From Candidatus Obscuribacterales bacterium (GTDB lineage Bacteria > Cyanobacteriota > Vampirovibrionia > Obscuribacterales > Obscuribacteraceae): DNA of 64,000 nt. The notes under the pieces were generated by a model. That model was not told the origin of the DNA. It made no database searches and saw nothing but the letters and a program-made list of their open reading frames with translations. A program made the translations under genes and the position numbers. Location: NCBI GenBank assembly GCA_965228855.1, contig CBDDIJ010000003.1, forward strand, positions 2,624,001 to 2,688,000, in the 5' to 3' direction. This document shows positions 1 to 9,869 of the stretch, piece after piece (the first letter of the stretch is position 1; every line of letters begins with the position of its first letter).

Positions 1-315
1 GACGGCTTTCATGTAAATCTCATCGATATCGGTTCGTTCTTCTCTGTCAACTTTGATGTTGATGAACTTGGCATTCATCACCATCGCAGTTTCAGAATCC
101 TCGAAAGATTCATGCTCCATCACGTGGCACCAGTGGCAGGCTGCGTAGCCTACCGAAAGCAGGATGGGACGTTGCTCGGCGCGTGCACGTTCCAGTGCTT
201 CAGCTCCCCACGGATACCAATCGACCGGATTATAAGCATGTTGCAAGAGATACGTACTGGTTTCGTTAATTAGCCTGTTAGGCTCACCGCGCTTTGTCTC
301 GGTTCCTGTAGCCAT
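1..315 (-). CDS. Thioredoxin-domain protein, YyaL/SSP411 family (5' part; runs off the window edge)
   Basis: Manual translation from ATG at 315: [37 protein letters not shown]...[18 protein letters not shown]...[19 protein letters not shown], the typical YyaL N-terminus; absent from the ORF track because it is truncated. Confidence 0.9.
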   Translation of the reverse strand, partial: MATGTETKRGEPNRLINETSTYLLQHAYNPVDWYPWGAEALERARAEQRPILLSVGYAACHWCHVMEHESFEDSETAMVMNAKFINIKVDREERTDIDEIYMKAV

Positions 316-319
316 TCTC

Positions 320-1066
320 TTAGTCTCCATGCTCCTTGATTGCATCCAGGAGTCCATCGTAAAGGTGAACGTTAGCGGCGAGAGTGTTGGTGAATCCAAA
401 CTCGACGGCCTCACGCGCATTATGTTTATCAATGAAATATTCAGCCAGTGCAAGCGACTCCTCACCGTGATCGCATTCCACGTTCACATGGTCGAACCAG
501 CGGTGGTCAGCCAGTTGAAATTTGCGAAAAGCAACTTGCATGGCTTTGAATTCTTCAATCGCCATAAGCTCGGTCGCGGTGATAGCACCGGCTGTGATGG
601 CAGGTCCGCGCATGTCCTTTATCGGTTTACCATCCTCGCCGGTGGGCTGGTAAAAATCGACGACTGTGCGCATGTACATTCGCACTCCGCACTTTACCAG
701 GCCTTCGTTTCGGATCATAGTATCAGATTCGATACCACCCATTTTGCAGACGCGATCGATCACATCGTGCAACTGACCTTCATGGCACCTGGTGTAGTCT
801 CCGTTTCCATATTCGTTCCGCACATTTTCCAATACGAAACCTACGGCCGGTTCCGGCATGTACGCAGCAGCACTCAATAACAAACGGCGCAACAACCCTG
901 CATGCATGTCATAGTTGACGAGCATCGCGGAAGCCTGCGCAGGCGTCAGCGGCTGCTCGTCGGCTCGATTCAATCGCTCGAACAATGGATGTTTCGCGCA
1001 GGGGTGCGAGGACGCTGTTTCTTTCAAATACGCTGCGCTAGTCGCAGCGACTCCGTTTAGCAACAT
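320..1066 (-). CDS. Heme-oxygenase-like diiron redox enzyme (CADD/PqqC/TenA-like fold)
   Basis: HPLF near the N-terminus; putative metal ligands [17 protein letters not shown] match the E/H/E/H/(D,E)/H pattern. Confidence 0.7.
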   Translation of the reverse strand: MLLNGVAATSAAYLKETASSHPCAKHPLFERLNRADEQPLTPAQASAMLVNYDMHAGLLRRLLLSAAAYMPEPAVGFVLENVRNEYGNGDYTRCHEGQLHDVIDRVCKMGGIESDTMIRNEGLVKCGVRMYMRTVVDFYQPTGEDGKPIKDMRGPAITAGAITATELMAIEEFKAMQVAFRKFQLADHRWFDHVNVECDHGEESLALAEYFIDKHNAREAVEFGFTNTLAANVHLYDGLLDAIKEHGD

Positions 1067-2133
1067 CCGTGCGTCTTACCGACCGGCTCTGGCTGTTGTT
1101 GCAGCTTTGCGGAGTCAGCGCCCTTTTTTTCCGGGGACCCTTCCTGCGGTTCTGCGTGAGCCGGAGCCTGTCCGTTCGCTTCGTCCTCCGCTTCTTCGTT
1201 CTCAAGCAACCATTGTGCTTCGAGCGCGGCACGGCAACCAGTTCCTGCTGCCGTAACCGCCTGCCTGTATTTCTGGTCGATACAGTCGCCCGCGGCAAAA
1301 ACGCCAGGGAACTTTGTCAGCACGCTACCTTCGTATTGCGTGATGATATAACCGGACTCGTTGAGTTCCAGCATCTCTTTGAACAAGTCGGTGTTCGGCT
1401 GGTGACCGATGGCGATGAAAACTCCGTCTGCATCGTGTTGGGAAACTTCACCGGTTTTGATGTTCTTGACCCGCACCCATTTAACTTCACCGGCTTCGAC
1501 TTCACCGATATCTTCGACAACGCAGTTGAGCAGATAATCAATCTTCTCGTTGCGCTTCATGCGATCCACCATGATCGCCGAAGCGCGGAATGTTTCACGC
1601 CTGTGAATCAAAGTGACGGACGATGCAAAACGGGTGAGGAACATGGCTTCCTCGATCGCCGTGTCTCCGCCGCCGACTACGAAAACCTTTTTGTCACGGA
1701 AAAAGAATCCGTCGCAAGTAGCGCAGGCCGAGACGCCATGACCCATGAGCTTCGATTCTGACTCCAGTCCTAGAAGTTTTGCCGAGGCGCCAGTGGTAAT
1801 GATGAGCGTCTGAGTGTGGATTTCCTGCTCGCTTGTTTTGATTACATAAGGGCGCTGCGACAAATCAACGGATTCGGCGTTGTCATAAATGAACTCTGTA
1901 CCGAATCTTTCAGCCTGTTTGTGCATGCGGGTCATCAGGTCAGGTCCCTGAATACCGTCGGGAAAGCCGGGAAAGTTTTCGACGTCAGTCGTAATAGTCA
2001 GCTGTCCACCAGCCTGCAGCCCCTCGATTACTAACGGATCCAGGTTGGCACGCGCGGCATAGATTGCTGCGGTCAGTCCGGCGGCGCCGGAACCGAGGAT
2101 GGTGACTTTTTTGTTTTTAGGTTTATTGGGCAT
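1057..2133 (-). CDS. trxB: Thioredoxin-disulfide reductase with an acidic C-terminal extension
   Basis: GSGAAG FAD motif, GGQL..TTDVENFPGF, CATCDG active site, GGGDTA NADPH motif; start moved to ATG 2133. Confidence 0.95.
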   Translation of the reverse strand: MPNKPKNKKVTILGSGAAGLTAAIYAARANLDPLVIEGLQAGGQLTITTDVENFPGFPDGIQGPDLMTRMHKQAERFGTEFIYDNAESVDLSQRPYVIKTSEQEIHTQTLIITTGASAKLLGLESESKLMGHGVSACATCDGFFFRDKKVFVVGGGDTAIEEAMFLTRFASSVTLIHRRETFRASAIMVDRMKRNEKIDYLLNCVVEDIGEVEAGEVKWVRVKNIKTGEVSQHDADGVFIAIGHQPNTDLFKEMLELNESGYIITQYEGSVLTKFPGVFAAGDCIDQKYRQAVTAAGTGCRAALEAQWLLENEEAEDEANGQAPAHAEPQEGSPEKKGADSAKLQQQPEPVGKTHGCC

Positions 2134-2275
2134 GAACGCTACCCCGACTGCGTTAAGGCGCTGGGACAAGATGACAAGTGAGCGACACTCGCTTAGACTC
2201 TCCATTTTAGGTGGAGAGACTGACTTAGAGCGGGAGATTCAAGATAACTTATCAATTTGGATCGCAGCTGATTTA

Positions 2276-3169
2276 TCAGCTATCAGCATCAACCGGACGC
2301 AATCCGAAAGGAAGTGAGAGTTTAATTTCATCAATCTTGGATAAAAGCTCTTGCTGCTTAGCAACCACGGTCTGAATAGTTTTCTCGGCCAGCGGTCCAC
2401 CTTCCTTCATCAACAAGAGGCGCACCCGCTCCAGGTCATTGATTTGACCAAGAGTTTGCTGAGCGGCAACCAGAGTAGGCGGTTCATGCCCGAAAAACTC
2501 GACAAGAATGTATCGCCAGGTCTTGATACTCAAGCGCAGAGCGTGCAATTCTTCAAGAGATGTGGCATTTGTGGCAAGATAACGAGTTTGGGCCTCGGTT
2601 TCCCTCAAGTATGACTCGATGGCGTCGCGCGGCCGGGCGCTGAACCGCCCGTCGTCTCGGTGTTTCTTCTTCAGTTTTTCCGCGCGTTTCTTCAAAAACT
2701 TGCTGAGGCTCTTCACTGCCTTTTCCATGTCGATGCGACTTAAAGCCGCGGTGGTCTCCTCTTCGACACGATTGCGCTGGTGCTGCCATTTTGCAAGAAT
2801 CTGCTCCGGAACGCCATATTCTTTGCCAGTGTTTAAATTCACGTCCCAATCGCGGACAGCGCCCAGAAGTTTATATCCCTTCTTGAGTTCAGCTCCCACC
2901 TTCTTTTTGTACGACTTAGTTTTGAAGCCCTCTTTGGAGAGCACATTCCATATCGAATACCAGCGCCGAAACGCCACACGCATGTTGTGGACGCGTTTTG
3001 CACTCTTGCTCTTTTTCTTCTTGTTTAGCTTCTTCGCGCTAATCCACAGCCTGTGGACGGCTTCTCCGGAAACTGCAATCTGGAAATCCAGGAAATTACT
3101 ATCCGAAAGCGCGGCGCTTTCCCCGCCCTTCGACGCCCCCTTGTCCCTGGCTTTTTCTTTGTCAACCAT
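2276..3169 (-). CDS. CHAD-domain (polyphosphate-binding) protein
   Basis: VHNMRVAFRR, LGAVRDWDV, LHALRLSIKTWRY, QQTLGQINDL motifs; very basic. Confidence 0.85.
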   Translation of the reverse strand: MVDKEKARDKGASKGGESAALSDSNFLDFQIAVSGEAVHRLWISAKKLNKKKKSKSAKRVHNMRVAFRRWYSIWNVLSKEGFKTKSYKKKVGAELKKGYKLLGAVRDWDVNLNTGKEYGVPEQILAKWQHQRNRVEEETTAALSRIDMEKAVKSLSKFLKKRAEKLKKKHRDDGRFSARPRDAIESYLRETEAQTRYLATNATSLEELHALRLSIKTWRYILVEFFGHEPPTLVAAQQTLGQINDLERVRLLLMKEGGPLAEKTIQTVVAKQQELLSKIDEIKLSLPFGLRPVDADS

Positions 3170-3248
3170 GCAATTGCGTTGCTCAAATCAAATCGCACAT
3201 TCGCCGTGCGGTTTCACTGCCGTCTCCGGCCAGTACAAGTATATAGAC

Positions 3249-4604
3249 TCAGCCGAGCAAGTCGGAAATTATTTCTCGCGATCGCTTGATGACAAGGTCG
3301 CCGCCACCACGCGCATAAACCGCCCGAGCCCGCTCAAATACCGAAGGCATGGTTATCTTTACATGCTGGGGCAAGTGATAAGGTTCGCGACAAAACCGCA
3401 CTAACGCTTTGCAAGTCTTATCCCAGGTGAATTCATTAGATAGTTGCAGTGAAGCTTCTGAATAGCCCGCTCGAATCTCTCTGTCTCCAGCCAGACGAAC
3501 GATCGCCTCGCACCACGCATCCTCATCCTTGTACGGCAGCGCCAGGCCGGCATGAGCTTTATCTATCATTTCGGAGAGCGGGTCACCGCCAGTGCTCAGC
3601 ACCGGAAGCCCGCACCAGAGGTAATCGAGAATGCGGGTTCTAAACGAATAACGTGTCTCAGGCAAATCGAAGTGGGATGAAACAGCTATATCCGCATCAA
3701 GTAAATAGTTCACGCGCTTTTCGTACGGAATCCAGCCCTCTTTGAAAAACACATGTTTTCCTGTCAGCCCCAGGCGTTCTGACAGTTCGATCGCATCTCG
3801 TGCCATCTTCATAATCGGTACTTTAGGATTGGGCGACTTCATTCCCATAAAGACAAGGCGCAAATTCGGCACGCGGTCTTTCGCCTTCGCCACTGCCTCA
3901 ATCACCGTTAGTGGATCGAACCAGTCCCAGATTCCGCCGCCCCATAATAAAACGACATCGTCGGGACCGATGGCGTCAATCTCTTCGCGAAGTCCCGGAC
4001 CGTTGCGCACGGGCGCAAGTGTTTCGCGCCCAAAAGGAACCACGTCAATCAACTTTCGCATGGAAGGATCGAAGTCATAAAGTACCGGAGTCAAGCGCCC
4101 AAGCGCACAATAGCGACCTATCCAGTAGTCGCGTTGAATTTCAGACGCGCATATCGAAAAATCAGCATTCAGCATATGCTGCTCCAGAACCTTGTGCATC
4201 AAACGGTAACTGGCATCAGCCGCCACTTTCTCGTTCTTATATTGCACGAGCACAGAAAAGAGATATGGATCGTAAAGGTCAACAACCAGGTATTTGCCCA
4301 GCTCAGCAAGTTTTGGAAAAGGCCGAAGCACATTAGATTGAATTATGAGAACGTCGTTGTCGAGCGCCTCTCGATACATCGTCTGCCGATTTGCGCCCGT
4401 CAAAATATTCACGCCGGTTATCGGTGCGAGCTGCTCTTCAACAGGCTGAGCGACCGGTGATGCAACCGTAACTGCAAATTCCCCGGCGAGTTGCTTTGCC
4501 ATCTCGACGGCACGAATAGCCGGTCCAGCCATCGAACGCGAAATCGGTTCGAGCGTTACGAGCATGATTTTGCGCTGCTTATTTTGCTGTGAAGTTAAAC
4601 TCAT
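3249..4604 (-). CDS. Glycosyltransferase family 4
   Basis: MAGPAIR, DLYDP, WGGGIWDWFDP, ETRYSFRTRILDYLWCGLPV (GT-B fold); start uncertain. Confidence 0.85.
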   Translation of the reverse strand: MSLTSQQNKQRKIMLVTLEPISRSMAGPAIRAVEMAKQLAGEFAVTVASPVAQPVEEQLAPITGVNILTGANRQTMYREALDNDVLIIQSNVLRPFPKLAELGKYLVVDLYDPYLFSVLVQYKNEKVAADASYRLMHKVLEQHMLNADFSICASEIQRDYWIGRYCALGRLTPVLYDFDPSMRKLIDVVPFGRETLAPVRNGPGLREEIDAIGPDDVVLLWGGGIWDWFDPLTVIEAVAKAKDRVPNLRLVFMGMKSPNPKVPIMKMARDAIELSERLGLTGKHVFFKEGWIPYEKRVNYLLDADIAVSSHFDLPETRYSFRTRILDYLWCGLPVLSTGGDPLSEMIDKAHAGLALPYKDEDAWCEAIVRLAGDREIRAGYSEASLQLSNEFTWDKTCKALVRFCREPYHLPQHVKITMPSVFERARAVYARGGGDLVIKRSREIISDLLG

Positions 4605-4847
4605 AATCGGATTGGCAACAGTTCCATATACACGGGAGGAAACTTTCCCGCGGACGGCCGCGCTACGGTGTTTTCTCGACCCGCGCGCGAGCAGGCCGGC
4701 GACCATTATATCCCTTTGGAAGGTCCCCTTAAGAAGTGCTCAATATGAGTTGTGACTTTTACCGTACAATACTGGGACCAATCGCGGATTCGGCAAGGAC
4801 CGAAGTAATGTGACCGCCACAGGCACAGAGAATAAACCGAGATCGAC

Positions 4848-5876
4848 GTGACCTCCGACAAGCTCATCAGTATCGTTATCCCGAATTGGAACGGCAAAAG
4901 ATTTCTTGCCGATTGTCTGGACTCGATCCGAAAGCAGACCCATAAGCAGATCGAAACAATCATCGTAGACAACGGCTCCAAAGACGGTTCCGTTGAGTTT
5001 CTCCGGGAACATTATCCGGAAGTGAAACTGATAACCTACGAGGTAAACACCGGCTTTGCTCCGGCGGTGAACGCGGGAATTCGCGCAGCCACCGGACACT
5101 ACATCTCACTACTTAACAATGACACCATCGTCGAGCCCCTCTGGGTCGAAGAGCTCGTCAAGGCCCTGGATGAACATCCCGAGGTCGGCTCCGTGGGCTG
5201 CAAGATGCTGTCCTATGAAGACCAGACCATCCTCGACGGCGTTGGCGACGGCTATCGACGCGGCGGCTTGCCCGGTCGAATCGGACACAGAGAAAAGGAC
5301 ATAGGACTTTTCGATAAACCGCGCTACATCTTGGGAGCGTGCGGCGGCGCGGCAATGTATCGCCGTGAGTTATTCGACGATATCGGTCTGTTCGACGATG
5401 ACTACTTTGCCTACCTGGAAGATGTCGATCTCGGACTTCGTGCACAGAGCGCAGGCTACAAGTGCCTTTACGTCCCCACCTCGGTCGTTTACCACCTCGG
5501 ATGCGGCACCACAGGCAGTGGCTACTCACCACTGGTGGTGAAACTTTCTTCGAGAAATAACTGGAATACGATTGTCAAAAACATTCCCATGCCTCTTCTC
5601 ATCAAGTTCTTGCCGCACATAATATACTGGCAGGCATTCTACCTCGCGGTTGTCACTCTGCGCGGCGGTCAGCTTTGGCCCTGGATGATTGGGACATTCC
5701 AGGCAGTCTGCATGCTGCCGAACATGCTGAAGAAACGAGCTGCAATAAACAAACGCAGATCGGTTCCGCTAGAATACATGGAATCCATCATAATCGAATC
5801 GGAGAACGACCTCGCCCAAGCACGAGCGCGGCTCTACGAACAAGCCCGAAAAGAAAAGAATTTGACTAAGAAATGA
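4848..5876 (+). CDS. Glycosyltransferase family 2
   Basis: SIVIPNWNG, VDNGSKDGS, LLNND, FAYLEDVDL. Confidence 0.92.
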   Translation: MTSDKLISIVIPNWNGKRFLADCLDSIRKQTHKQIETIIVDNGSKDGSVEFLREHYPEVKLITYEVNTGFAPAVNAGIRAATGHYISLLNNDTIVEPLWVEELVKALDEHPEVGSVGCKMLSYEDQTILDGVGDGYRRGGLPGRIGHREKDIGLFDKPRYILGACGGAAMYRRELFDDIGLFDDDYFAYLEDVDLGLRAQSAGYKCLYVPTSVVYHLGCGTTGSGYSPLVVKLSSRNNWNTIVKNIPMPLLIKFLPHIIYWQAFYLAVVTLRGGQLWPWMIGTFQAVCMLPNMLKKRAAINKRRSVPLEYMESIIIESENDLAQARARLYEQARKEKNLTKK

Positions 5877-6796
5877 AGATCTCAATCAACAAAGACAGTT
5901 CCGTACCCGTGCGGGATCAACTAGTGGAGCAGGTTTCACTCCAGATTGCCTCAGGTCTGTTAACGCCGAAAGAAAAACTTCCAAGTATTCGCGCTCTGGC
6001 AGCGAGATTAGGCATTCATTACAGCACCGTGACGGCAGCCTACAACCACCTTGCCGACGTGGGACTTCTCGATATTCGCCAGGGCAGCGGTGTTCGCGTA
6101 GCGAGTATAAACAACAGAGAGAATGAGCCAGCGGCAAAGTCAAACCTGGATTCGATGATTAACGATTTTCTGGCACGCGCTTCGGAAGCAGGCTTTGCGG
6201 CCGCCGATGTTATGAATGCGGTCGAGAAGTTGAAGGAGCGAAAACCGGTCCGGCGAATTCTGGCAGTAGATCGCAACGAAGACTTTCACAGGGTGCTGCT
6301 CACCGAGTTGAAGCCCCACTTCAAAATACCGGTCGAGGCCTGCACGGTTCAGGACATCATGGATAAGCCGGAGCAGATGGATGATTCCTTGATTCTCACC
6401 AGCCTCTATCACTTATTCACCTTCCAGGACAAAGTTAAGGACAGAACTCGCCTTGTGCCGTGCAATATAGAACCGGCCAGCCTGGAAATGGAAAAAATTG
6501 CCACGCTTCGCGCCGGCAGCCTTGTGCTTCTCGTCTCAGTCAGCGAGACCTTGATGAACATGGCGACAAAGCTGGTTGCCGCTCACCGCGGAGAGGAAAT
6601 CCCTGTTCGCTCCGTTCTCCTGAGCGACGAGAAAGAACTGAACTATATGGTCAATCATGCGAATTTGATTTTGTGTGACAGCCCCAGCGAGGATACCGTC
6701 CGAAAAATTGCGGACCCTAAAATTTTGCAGGTGTTCAAACTCTATCCGCCGTCTACCATAAAGCTCATTCAAGAGCGTTTGTCGAAATGGGGTTAG
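5873..6796 (+). CDS. GntR-family transcriptional regulator (PlmA/YtrA-like)
   Basis: N-terminal wHTH LPSIRALAARLGIHYSTVTAAYNHL; 4-nt overlap with the GT2 gene. Confidence 0.85.
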   Translation: MKISINKDSSVPVRDQLVEQVSLQIASGLLTPKEKLPSIRALAARLGIHYSTVTAAYNHLADVGLLDIRQGSGVRVASINNRENEPAAKSNLDSMINDFLARASEAGFAAADVMNAVEKLKERKPVRRILAVDRNEDFHRVLLTELKPHFKIPVEACTVQDIMDKPEQMDDSLILTSLYHLFTFQDKVKDRTRLVPCNIEPASLEMEKIATLRAGSLVLLVSVSETLMNMATKLVAAHRGEEIPVRSVLLSDEKELNYMVNHANLILCDSPSEDTVRKIADPKILQVFKLYPPSTIKLIQERLSKWG

Positions 6797-6890
6797 GACG
6801 TTTCAATTCACATCTTGTAAACTCCCATTCCCCAAACTTGCGTTTGCGCTCATAATTCAAACCTGGATTATTTTGTGGAGACAAACCCTT

Positions 6891-7319
6891 ATGAACATCG
6901 ACGGTTTGAAAGGCCTTCTCATTGCAGGCACGCTTCTATTCGCGACAACTCCGTTACCGGCAGAAGCGATCCCTGACAGCACGAAGCCGGCACGGCTGTG
7001 CGAGGAGAAATCGCCCGCCAAGTCCGAGGCTAAGGGCTGCGAGAAAAAAGCCGAAGGGTGCGGAAAAGCCGAAGGCGATTGCTGCAAGGCACCCAAGGTG
7101 AGCCAAAAACCTGATGATGAAGATTCGAGCACTACAGGTGGTAGCGGCGACGGTGACGGAGCCGGCACCACAGAAGGTGCTCCTGGTGAAGCTGCGCCCG
7201 GTGCGGCAGCCGGTTCGGACACGGCCGAGTCTCCCGCAGGTAGCACCGGTGGAGAGGCCGGAGCAACAGAAGGCAGTGAAGCTCCTCCCGCGCCGGCAGG
7301 AAAACCGGCAGACGACTAA
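6891..7319 (+). CDS. Secreted low-complexity protein with a Cys/Lys-rich segment
   Basis: GGAG RBS, signal peptide ending in AEA, downstream terminator. Confidence 0.65.
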   Translation: MNIDGLKGLLIAGTLLFATTPLPAEAIPDSTKPARLCEEKSPAKSEAKGCEKKAEGCGKAEGDCCKAPKVSQKPDDEDSSTTGGSGDGDGAGTTEGAPGEAAPGAAAGSDTAESPAGSTGGEAGATEGSEAPPAPAGKPADD

Positions 7320-7350
7320 CGGTTGCCCGGAAAGGTATAGATAAACAGAT

Positions 7351-7390
7351 AAGCGCATGGATTGTCAGGTCCATGCGCTTTCAATTTTCT
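7351..7390. terminator. Intrinsic terminator between convergent genes
   Basis: Perfect 11-bp stem AAGCGCATGGA / TCCATGCGCTT followed by a T-rich tract. Confidence 0.75.
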
Positions 7391-7439
7391 GTACACGCTT
7401 TGCGGTTTCGAACCCCAGTTTTGAAGCTGGAAACGTCCT

Positions 7440-8495
7440 CTATTTACGCGGCGTGACGCCCAGACCCGGCAGATCCCGAAGCTTCAGATAACCGTCTTCG
7501 TAAGTCGCACCGTGGAAAGGATCCGAGGCGAGCAGCATGGCACCGTCGAGATCGAGGTAGTCGACCAGCGGTGCGAGCTGAACAGCCGCACTTATGCCGA
7601 TGGAAGATTCAATCATGCAGCCGAACATGATCTGCATAGAATGAGCCCTGGCAGTGTGTATTACGCGAATCGCCTCAAGCAAGCCCCCCGTTTTTGCGAG
7701 CTTCACCACGACACCATCGACGCAACCAGCCAGTCTTGCGACATCGTTGGAAGTGGAGACACTCTCGTCGGCAAAGATAGGCACAATCGAGTTTTCCTTG
7801 ACGTATTTGAAGTCTTCCTTGTGCGCGTTTTTCGCTAACGGTTGTTCGATAAATTGCACACCATAGTCGTACAGGAACTCGGACATTTCGATAGCTTGCT
7901 TCGGTGTCCATGCGCAATTCGCATCGACTCGCAACGGAATTTCCGGAGCAATTTCGCGAATTGTTTCAATAATCTCACGGTCATACGTCGTGCCTTGCTT
8001 GACCTTCAGCATCTTATAGCCGGCTTCCACAGCCTCTCTGGTCTTTTTCTCCACCATCTCGATGCTGTCGATACCGATAGTAAAATCGGTCATGGGCGCT
8101 TTCAGTCCACTCAAACCAAGCATCTTGTAGGTTGGCTGACCAGCGACTTTTCCGGCGATATCATGCAGCGCCATCTCGACCGCTGATTTGGCGGAATGAT
8201 TTTTTGCTATGATTTTGTTCATTCGATCGGAGACTTCGGCAATCGCGAATGGGTCGTCGCCAAGTACGTTTGCGTCGCGAACCATGCCGAGAACTGCCAT
8301 GACGGTTTCTCTAGTTTCATCATGGTATTTTGCCGGCGCAGCTTCACCGTAACCAATATGGTCTCCGAATTTCAGCTTGACGAGTACGTTTTTAGAATCG
8401 ACAGATGTTCCGGACGAAATTCCAAACGGATGCGCAGTCGTAAGATCCAGCGCTTCGAATTCGAGTTCAATCGCTGTAGTTTTAGTGGCAGTCAC
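7440..8495 (-). CDS. Enolase-superfamily dipeptide epimerase / N-acyl-amino-acid racemase (YcjG/DgcA-like)
   Basis: GYGEAAP, KVK motif, RVDAN, IEQP, ADES, GCMIES, DLDG. Confidence 0.9.
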   Translation of the reverse strand: MTATKTTAIELEFEALDLTTAHPFGISSGTSVDSKNVLVKLKFGDHIGYGEAAPAKYHDETRETVMAVLGMVRDANVLGDDPFAIAEVSDRMNKIIAKNHSAKSAVEMALHDIAGKVAGQPTYKMLGLSGLKAPMTDFTIGIDSIEMVEKKTREAVEAGYKMLKVKQGTTYDREIIETIREIAPEIPLRVDANCAWTPKQAIEMSEFLYDYGVQFIEQPLAKNAHKEDFKYVKENSIVPIFADESVSTSNDVARLAGCVDGVVVKLAKTGGLLEAIRVIHTARAHSMQIMFGCMIESSIGISAAVQLAPLVDYLDLDGAMLLASDPFHGATYEDGYLKLRDLPGLGVTPRK

Positions 8496-8505
8496 GGTTT
8501 ACCCC

Positions 8506-9594
8506 TTATGTTTTGGAAGCGGTTTGAGCGCGATTCGCTTTTCGCGTTTTATGCAGCGCCTCGAGAGCATCAACTAGATTCTCGCAACCATAGCGAACCG
8601 GGTCCGTAGCAGGAAGTCCGGTATGACGGGCAGCCTCATCGACCAGTTTGCGAGCTTCTTCTTCCGGTAAACCGAAAGTGTTCACGCAGATGCCAATCAC
8701 CTTTGCGGGTCGAATGACGCTCGACATGAATTCATACATTTTGATGCAATCATTCAAATCAGCAATCGGCCACTGCCCTTCGTTGCCAATGGTTTTCAAC
8801 CCGGCTTTCGTACAAAGGACCATAGCCTCCGGCGCGCTGCCGTGCAATAAAGATAGCGTCACTCCCGAGTAACCCGGGTGATAGAGCGACCCCTGCCCTT
8901 CGACGAACAACATGTCGAGACCTGGCGAATCTTTCACGACCAGTTCTTCAATGGCTCCAGCCATGAAATCACCGATCACACGGTCGATCGCAATTCCAGA
9001 GCCGCAAATCATGATGCCAGTCTGACCGGTCGCCACGAATCCGGATTTATAACCGCGTTTAGTTGCCAATCGGTCCATCTCAATTGCAGCAGTCATCTTA
9101 CCGACCGAACAATCAACTCCTACTGTCAGAACGGTCAGCGGGTCCACTTTGGCGCCTAAACCATTGGCAATCGGCAATTTATCAGGCGGTTTTCTCAAAT
9201 CAATGAGCTTGCGACCCAGACGATTGGCAGCCTCGACGAACTCGGGATCGTCCTCGAGAAAGTCGTGCAGACCATTGATGACGTCGATTCCCAGTTCCAG
9301 CGCCGCGAGGATGTCCTGGCGCCAGGCTTCAGGCATTCTGCCACCTACGAAGGCGCAACCGAGCAGCATGGCGTCAGCTTCCAGCTGAGCAGCTTCGGCA
9401 ACCGTCGCCACTATCGGAATGCCCTCTCCAACACCGCAAACTTCTTTTGCAGTTTTTCCGGCATGTTGCCTGTCAACAACTGCGACGATTTTGCTAGGTC
9501 CGAATCGAATGACGCCCTCGGCGGTCTTGGAATGTCCGCCGCCAAATTCGTCTCTGGCGTATAAAATCAGTCGGGTCTGAGTTTCAACATGCAT
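8506..9594 (-). CDS. DUF1611 protein (DgcN-like N-acetyltransferase)
   Basis: KTAEGV, NGLH, GVDCSVGKMT, ATGQTG, VEGQGSLYHP, LLHGS motifs; adjacent to the epimerase as usual for this family. Confidence 0.88.
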   Translation of the reverse strand: MHVETQTRLILYARDEFGGGHSKTAEGVIRFGPSKIVAVVDRQHAGKTAKEVCGVGEGIPIVATVAEAAQLEADAMLLGCAFVGGRMPEAWRQDILAALELGIDVINGLHDFLEDDPEFVEAANRLGRKLIDLRKPPDKLPIANGLGAKVDPLTVLTVGVDCSVGKMTAAIEMDRLATKRGYKSGFVATGQTGIMICGSGIAIDRVIGDFMAGAIEELVVKDSPGLDMLFVEGQGSLYHPGYSGVTLSLLHGSAPEAMVLCTKAGLKTIGNEGQWPIADLNDCIKMYEFMSSVIRPAKVIGICVNTFGLPEEEARKLVDEAARHTGLPATDPVRYGCENLVDALEALHKTRKANRAQTASKT

Positions 9595-9869
9595 AAATTG
9601 ATTAACAACCTTCTCTAATTGGTTTATTTGTTTAAAGTTATGTGCAAATCCTTTTTGGAATTGCTTGAAGGAGGCGACGTAATGTCTCCTGTACCCTAAA
9701 ATTATAAGGGGAAGCCACGCTCCGCTGTCGCCTGGTTCTTGATAACAGAGTGTCCTTGACGACCTGGAAGCGTTAAGATTTCATCGTGGATTCGGGGCCA
9801 ACTCGAAATCCAAGGCACAATCTAGGTAAACCTCATTTCATTTACGAACCGTACTAAATCCAGGTGACT

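Noticed and set aside
2619..3404. Long antisense ORFs (also 26175-26933, 32789-33757, 44894-45676, 47522-48373)
   Set aside because: Shadow frames opposite well-supported genes, with no protein motifs
9595..9869. CIRCE/HrcA operator upstream of grpE
   Set aside because: No TTAGCACTC-N9-GAGTGCTAA match seen
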